Made by a program: the position numbers and the translations under genes. A stretch of 64,000 nucleotides of DNA from assembly GCA_050633305.1 (NCBI GenBank), contig JBOEGF010000008.1, positions 192,001 to 256,000 of the forward strand, given 5' to 3'. Source of the DNA: Nannocystales bacterium. Its GTDB lineage: Bacteria; Myxococcota_A; Polyangia; Nannocystales; Nannocystaceae. Shown here piece by piece: positions 58,972 through 64,000 of this stretch (its first letter is position 1; every line of letters starts with the position of its first letter). Below the pieces are notes generated by a model, which saw only the letters and a program-made list of their open reading frames with translations, did no database searches and had not been told where the DNA came from.

Positions 58972-59490
58972 CTAGGGAAAGACCGACATGATCTTCCCGA
59001 CGGCGCCGTTGATGATCGCGTCGGGGTCGTCGGTCTTGCGAAGCCACTTCGACATGCTCCCGTGCCACACCTCGCGGTCGGTCTCACGGTCGAGCAGGTA
59101 GATGTTCAACGTCCCCTGGGTTTGTTTTTGGCCGGGGCCGTCGGTGAAGTTGCTCGTGCGGTCTCCACCCTCGAGCCGGTAACGCATCCGCGTCCCGACC
59201 GAGAATGCGACCAGGAGGCGAGCCTCGCTGGCATCGGACTTCTCCAGACCACGGGCAGCGAGTTCGCGCTCGACCGCGGCACGAATCCGAAGCTCGTTTT
59301 CCTTGGTCCGGACGTTGGGCTGGTCGTCGCCGAACGTGATCAACACCGGTTCATCCGTCACCCAGGCGTACGTCGAGACCGCGGCGAAGTCGAAGCCATC
59401 GTCCTTCTCCACGGCCGGGGCAGAAGACGCGCACCCCGTGATGCCAGCGGTGGCCAGCAAGACGGTGGAGAGCAGCGCGGAACGAAACAT
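58972..59490 (-). CDS. DUF4136 lipoprotein
   Basis: ITGC lipobox, DF...STYAW, ELAARG, GTLNIYLLD...VWHG. Confidence 0.85.
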   Translation of the reverse strand: MFRSALLSTVLLATAGITGCASSAPAVEKDDGFDFAAVSTYAWVTDEPVLITFGDDQPNVRTKENELRIRAAVERELAARGLEKSDASEARLLVAFSVGTRMRYRLEGGDRTSNFTDGPGQKQTQGTLNIYLLDRETDREVWHGSMSKWLRKTDDPDAIINGAVGKIMSVFP

Positions 59491-59632
59491 GGAGCCCGAC
59501 ACGCGCGAAGTATACGGCGATCCTGGCCTCGTGCCCGCGCGCCGCGCCGGTACGACCAGATTCGTGGAAATCGCTGCGACTGCGGCCGTCTGAGCCCGTC
59601 TGTGGATTGGCGGCCCCGTCCGCATTCTCGCC

Positions 59633-60253
59633 ATGTCCGAGTCGCGTTTCACCCTCGACCCCTCCGAACACCCTTGTACGCACTGTGGGACGCTGCTCAA
59701 CGACGAAGTTCGGTTCTGCTTCGAGTGCGGCGCTCCCGTCGTCCCGGAGTTCAACTTGCCCAGCGCGCCGGCCGGAGCGCTGGAGGAACTGCGAACCGCG
59801 GCGTTCTCGCCTGTGAGCATCCGCCCGATCGAGGACGACGAAGGCCTCCAGCCGGGCGAGCCGATCGAGATCGAATCCCTGGGATTTGAAGTCATCGTCG
59901 ACGAGGTCGCGATCGACATGGCCGACGAGCCCGACGAGCCCAAGGCCGATGGTGACGTCCGCGGCGCATCCGAAGATCGACTCGAAGCCGCCGACGCTGG
60001 GTCGGCGACCGACGCCCCCACGATCGAAGATCCCTCCGGCACCGTCGTCGCGATGGCCCCCGAGCACCCGCTCCCGTTCTGGCCCGCGCCGCCCAAGGGC
60101 GACACCGTCATCGCACCTCCTCCGAAGGGGCCGCTCCCTTCCGATCAGGACGGGTTGATCCCCTCGCGCCCGCGAGACACGATGCGCCCGTGTCGTCCTG
60201 GACCGTCTACGTCCTCGTCTCCATCTGGAGCGAGCGGACCTATGTCGGCGTGA
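59633..60253 (+). CDS. Zinc-ribbon protein with acidic/Pro-rich tail
   Basis: CTHCG..RFCFECG. Confidence 0.65.
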   Translation: MSESRFTLDPSEHPCTHCGTLLNDEVRFCFECGAPVVPEFNLPSAPAGALEELRTAAFSPVSIRPIEDDEGLQPGEPIEIESLGFEVIVDEVAIDMADEPDEPKADGDVRGASEDRLEAADAGSATDAPTIEDPSGTVVAMAPEHPLPFWPAPPKGDTVIAPPPKGPLPSDQDGLIPSRPRDTMRPCRPGPSTSSSPSGASGPMSA

Positions 60254-60459
60254 CCAACGACCTGCGCCGCCGACTCGACCAACACAACGGCGTGGCGCCC
60301 GGAGGCGCCAAGGCAACCCGAGCGGGTCGGCCGTGGAGAGTCGGCTGCACGCACGGGCCCTTCGAAGACAAGGGCGAGGCGCTTCGGGTCGAGTTTCGGC
60401 TCAAGAAGTTCCGCGGTCTGGCACGACTGCACGTCGAAGCAGAGCGCGTGGCGGATTGA
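60190..60459 (+). CDS. Stand-alone GIY-YIG nuclease (YhbQ/SLX1-like)
   Basis: VYVL..TYVG.T....RRL.QHNG...GGAKATR..RPW..ALRVE. Confidence 0.88.
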   Translation: MSSWTVYVLVSIWSERTYVGVTNDLRRRLDQHNGVAPGGAKATRAGRPWRVGCTHGPFEDKGEALRVEFRLKKFRGLARLHVEAERVAD

Positions 60460-60469
60460 GTCTCGCCAA

Positions 60470-61321
60470 TCAGCCAAAGCGGAAGCGTAGGAAACCACTG
60501 AGACTGAGGTCCGTGTCGACGACGCCGCGCGGTGGACGGCTGTCGTACCGCACCTCGAAATCCGAGCCCAGCGAGAAGACTGAGCCCACCTTCGCCTCCA
60601 GCTGCAGCCCGCTGTTGATGCGGAGATCGCCGAAGTCGTCGAATCGAGGCTGGATGTATGTGGTGCTGCCGAGCAAAAGTTGCTCGTCAAGCAGGTCCAA
60701 TCGCATCGAGAGGTAGCTCGTCCAGCGATGGTTAAACGTCTCGGAGGGATGCGGGTCGGGGAGGAAGTCGCTGCAGTCTTCATCGTCGGTGGGGGTGCAT
60801 CCCTCAATGGCATTGACCTCGTATTCGCCCATGTACCCGGTCCCTCCCCAGAGGCCGAAGAGGTTGCGATGCACCACGTCGATGCGAGCCCCACCGCCCC
60901 CCAGCATCCGAGAGCGAAGGTTCGTGAAGGCGTTGTACTGCGACTGCACGAACACCTCCGCGCCAGCTCGCGGAACGATCATCCGCGTGTAGCGGACGTG
61001 CATGAAGCCGTTGTCCGTCACGTCGCGGCCCGAGAACTTCACCAGCGCGAGGTTGCTCGAGAGCATCCAACGGTCGCGGAAGAACGCCGGTCGGGTCGTA
61101 TCGAGGTACGGGTGAAACGTCCGGTGCTGCACGCCGCCCCCGAAGCTGAGTTCACGCTTGACGACGTTGCCCTCCTTGAGGCCACCCTTGAAGTCGAGCG
61201 AAGCGCTCCAGCCGGGCGCGTTGGGCTTGGACGCGATCCGCTCCATGTTGACCGGGCTGCCCCAGGCCAACGCGGGCCAGAGCATCAGCCAGAGCCCAAC
61301 CGCGGCACGCCAAACGTTCAC
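60470..61321 (-). CDS. DUF481-like outer-membrane beta-barrel
   Basis: Signal peptide, KEGN, YIQPRFDDFGD.R, YDSRPP, terminal FRFG. Confidence 0.8.
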   Translation of the reverse strand: MNVWRAAVGLWLMLWPALAWGSPVNMERIASKPNAPGWSASLDFKGGLKEGNVVKRELSFGGGVQHRTFHPYLDTTRPAFFRDRWMLSSNLALVKFSGRDVTDNGFMHVRYTRMIVPRAGAEVFVQSQYNAFTNLRSRMLGGGGARIDVVHRNLFGLWGGTGYMGEYEVNAIEGCTPTDDEDCSDFLPDPHPSETFNHRWTSYLSMRLDLLDEQLLLGSTTYIQPRFDDFGDLRINSGLQLEAKVGSVFSLGSDFEVRYDSRPPRGVVDTDLSLSGFLRFRFG

Positions 61322-61394
61322 CCGCGCGTTGTAGCCAATCCGGGACGGAGCCTCAACGGCCGAGGCCCTGCGACGCCCAAGGCCACCCCTCCGG

Positions 61395-63794
61395 CTAGAA
61401 CCGGCCGCTGTCGACGGTCTTCTTCTTCACGTCCGTGAACGCCTTGCGGTGGGCTTTGTTCTTGAACAGCTCGGCCTGGAACATGTCCTTGCCCGCCATT
61501 CCCGCGTCGACCGTCACCACGCCTTGGCCGTCGAAGGAGAACGCGGCGCCGATGTGCCGGGGGTCACCGGGACGCGACACGAACACCCGGTCGAGCTTTC
61601 CATCGTTGTTGGTGTCGTAGTAGGCCCACGCCAGACGCCCGTCGGTCCGGAACACGAACTCCGACTCAAACCCGCCCTTGCGCACGAACTCGGTCAGCTC
61701 CCAGTCTTTCTTGGACTTGGTCTTCTTCTTGGACTTGCCGTCGAGATCGACGACGAGGCTCATCGCAGCCCTGTCCAACACACTCAGCGCACGCTCGCCC
61801 AGATCTGGGATTCGATTGGCGACGACAACCCGGGATGGGTCGAACTCGGGGAAGGAGCTGTGCCCGTCTTCGACCTCCGCCCGTGGCTGATCCGCGAACG
61901 TCTTGCTGAACACGGCCTCGAGTCGCTGGGCGTACTCCGGCTCGGAGATCAACCCCGGTCGCAGCAACCGTCGGCCCAGATGCTCGGGCGCAGGAGTACG
62001 GCGGCCCGAGCTGTCCAGTCGACTCGCTCCCAAGGCAACACCGCGATCGAGCGAGTCTCCTTCGAGGAGCAAGTCGTAGGCCCCATCGTGGTCCGTGTCG
62101 TAGAACACCTTGACCGGAGACCCCAACACCGCGAGGAACTCGCCGTGGATCTTGCCGTTGCGTAGTTTCTTCAGCAGCTTGGCGTCGGCGATCTGCTCCG
62201 CATCGCGCTTCGCATCCTCCTTGGCCGCCGCCTGCTCGGCCTTCTTTGCGACCCGCTTGGCGACCTTGCCGAACTGGTTCTGATCCAGGTCGATGAGCAC
62301 GCGCGAGTCCATCCGGGTTCGTGCCATCAACGTGTCGAGCTTTCCATCGCCCGTCGCGTCCCGGAACGAAGCCTCGAGCGCCTTCGCCTTGTCTGGGTTC
62401 TTCACGTCGCTCCCGCCGCCGGCCATGTTGGCGACGAAGCGGCTCGCGAGCGTCTTGAGCCGCTTCTTCTCGTACAGGTCCCCGATGTTGGTGAGTTCGA
62501 AGTCGTCCAGCGTGCTGTCGCGCTCGACGGACCATGCGCCTGGCTCGCCCTTGATCGCGTAGCCGCGGGTCTTGTGGCTCTCTCCATCGACAACCACGAG
62601 TTTGTCGTAGGGACCCGCGCTATCAGCGTTGACGAAGACCAACAGGTCGGACACGGGCAGCCCGTGCTGGACGTCGCGCGGCGGCCGGGCAACGCGTACG
62701 GCGGCCAGCTCCGCGTCGAACTCTCGCGACTCGTGAATCTTCTCGACCTCCGGCACCTTCTTGCGTTTTTTGAACGAGCTTTGGTCGAGGTCGGCCAACA
62801 CGGAGAAGCAATACATTCCGCCCTCGCACAGGCCCTCGAAGCGAAGGGTGTCGATCTCCCCGTCCTCATCGAAGTCTTGAAACCGGCCGAACTTGCCCGC
62901 GACTTCCCACGGGTCGGGAAGGTTCGCCTCCGGCGACTCGGGAACCTCGGCCAAGAAGTCGTTGACCTCGTCGATGTGCACGTGAAACGCAACCGAGCCC
63001 AGCGTCGCGAACCCGGCGGTTGCGGGCCGAATGGCGACATTGAGTCCGACCAGCTCTCCGGTCTCTCCATCGACGAGGGGCCCACCGCTGTCGCCGGGGA
63101 GCACGTTGCAGTCGGTCTGCACCTGCTTGCCGTTTTTCTTGCTCGCCTCTTCGATCTCGTCTTTCGCCTTGGCGAGTTCCTCGTCAGAACGGCCGTCTTC
63201 ACGCTGCTGCGCGAAGATAGCGGTGGCAAAGTTCTCAAACGTGCCCACAGCGTTGACCGAGCACTTCTTGATCGCCCAGCCAAAGCCGACGCCCGCGTTG
63301 CCGATCGCAGAGACGCCACTGCCTGGAATGGGTCCTTTGGGCGCACGTGCCAGCGTCGCAAACGATCCCGAGGGCTCCTTGATGGCCAACACCGCGAGGT
63401 CGCGATCCGGATCCACCTTGAGCACCACCGCCTCGAGTTTTTCGTCGACGACCATGCTGCCGTCGTCCTGCATCTTCGCGGTGGTGACGGTCGCCTCATA
63501 GCCGAAGTCCTGGTTCTTGCCGCTGGAGATGACGTGGTAGTTCGTCAGCACCCACCCGCGCTCGTCGACGATGACCCCGGTTCCATGGCCCCATGGGGTC
63601 GCGACAAGCACCGTCGACTCGAGCAAGGTCTTCGCGGTGATCGGCTCCGGCGCCGGCTCGGGTTCCGGCTGCGCGGGGCTGGGATCGACCGGAGGCGTGG
63701 AGCCTGCGGCGACTTTGGCCTCGCAACCAGGCGTGAGGAGCAGGAGGCCCGCGACGAGCACGGGGAGGCGCGAGGAAAAGGCGTCGGTGCGCAT
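61395..63794 (-). CDS. Trypsin-like (S1) serine protease lipoprotein with long C-terminal region carrying DxDxDG-like motifs
   Basis: TNYHV, DLAVL, PGDSGGP triad; DFDEDG, DTDHDG, DTNNDG. Confidence 0.85.
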   Translation of the reverse strand: MRTDAFSSRLPVLVAGLLLLTPGCEAKVAAGSTPPVDPSPAQPEPEPAPEPITAKTLLESTVLVATPWGHGTGVIVDERGWVLTNYHVISSGKNQDFGYEATVTTAKMQDDGSMVVDEKLEAVVLKVDPDRDLAVLAIKEPSGSFATLARAPKGPIPGSGVSAIGNAGVGFGWAIKKCSVNAVGTFENFATAIFAQQREDGRSDEELAKAKDEIEEASKKNGKQVQTDCNVLPGDSGGPLVDGETGELVGLNVAIRPATAGFATLGSVAFHVHIDEVNDFLAEVPESPEANLPDPWEVAGKFGRFQDFDEDGEIDTLRFEGLCEGGMYCFSVLADLDQSSFKKRKKVPEVEKIHESREFDAELAAVRVARPPRDVQHGLPVSDLLVFVNADSAGPYDKLVVVDGESHKTRGYAIKGEPGAWSVERDSTLDDFELTNIGDLYEKKRLKTLASRFVANMAGGGSDVKNPDKAKALEASFRDATGDGKLDTLMARTRMDSRVLIDLDQNQFGKVAKRVAKKAEQAAAKEDAKRDAEQIADAKLLKKLRNGKIHGEFLAVLGSPVKVFYDTDHDGAYDLLLEGDSLDRGVALGASRLDSSGRRTPAPEHLGRRLLRPGLISEPEYAQRLEAVFSKTFADQPRAEVEDGHSSFPEFDPSRVVVANRIPDLGERALSVLDRAAMSLVVDLDGKSKKKTKSKKDWELTEFVRKGGFESEFVFRTDGRLAWAYYDTNNDGKLDRVFVSRPGDPRHIGAAFSFDGQGVVTVDAGMAGKDMFQAELFKNKAHRKAFTDVKKKTVDSGRF

Positions 63795-63849
63795 GTCGGC
63801 GTCACGATCCTACGCGATCCGCCGCGCGCATGGGCAGCCAGGCACAGAC

Positions 63850-63999
63850 TCAGTCGACCGGGGACGGACCGATGTACTCGGCCCGGGGACGGATGAGTGC
63901 GCCCGTCTCGTACTGCTCCAGAGCATGTGCAATCCAGCCCGCGGTCCGGCCAATCGCAAACAAAGCCCAGGGGGCCCACACGGGCGCACCTATGCTTCG
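63850..63999 (-). CDS. C-terminus of a citrate synthase family protein (runs off the window; absent from the ORF track)
   Basis: My translation gives [33 protein letters not shown], then TGA at 63852-63850. Confidence 0.85.
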   Translation of the reverse strand, partial: RSIGAPVWAPWALFAIGRTAGWIAHALEQYETGALIRPRAEYIGPSPVD

Positions 64000-64000
64000 G

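Noticed and set aside
60190..60459. Homing endonuclease or mobile intron
   Set aside because: A short stand-alone catalytic domain with no DNA-binding extension and no interrupted host gene.

Overview
High-GC, gene-dense window with about 55 CDS. It is very probably from a myxobacterium, Nannocystaceae-like, judging by three MYXO-CTERM-type C-termini and many lipoproteins with Ser/Thr/Gly-rich linkers. I saw no rRNA, tRNA, CRISPR array, transposase or integrase. Housekeeping and accessory genes include RluA, TrmO, a POT/MFS transporter, RecQ, bestrophin, a Ser/Thr kinase, a DUF4139 pair, a vWA lipoprotein, a class II photolyase, an acyl-CoA synthetase, an SDR, glutathione peroxidase, a GIY-YIG nuclease, a DUF481 barrel, a trypsin-like protease and a partial citrate synthase. 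Highlights: (1) A roughly 12 kb divergent locus at 40752-52595. One arm is a CxxCH lipoprotein / Tat-DUF1501 / DUF1585-like operon. The other is ECF sigma / FecR-TPR / beta-barrel / hydrazine-synthase-alpha-like dihaem protein. Both arms are preceded by the same TTTGGTGAGC-N18-CRACT motif. (2) A czcCBA-type efflux operon headed by a small exported His/Cys protein ending in RPP, a candidate metal-sensing arrest leader. (3) BlaI plus an M56-lytic transglycosylase fusion with two visible palindromic operators. (4) Recurrent TAnnnT boxes 6-9 nt before start codons, suggesting leaderless mRNAs. (5) A multiply disrupted FAD-dehydrogenase pseudogene and a structured 400 bp intergenic region. All family assignments come from recognising motifs by eye; no database searches were run.
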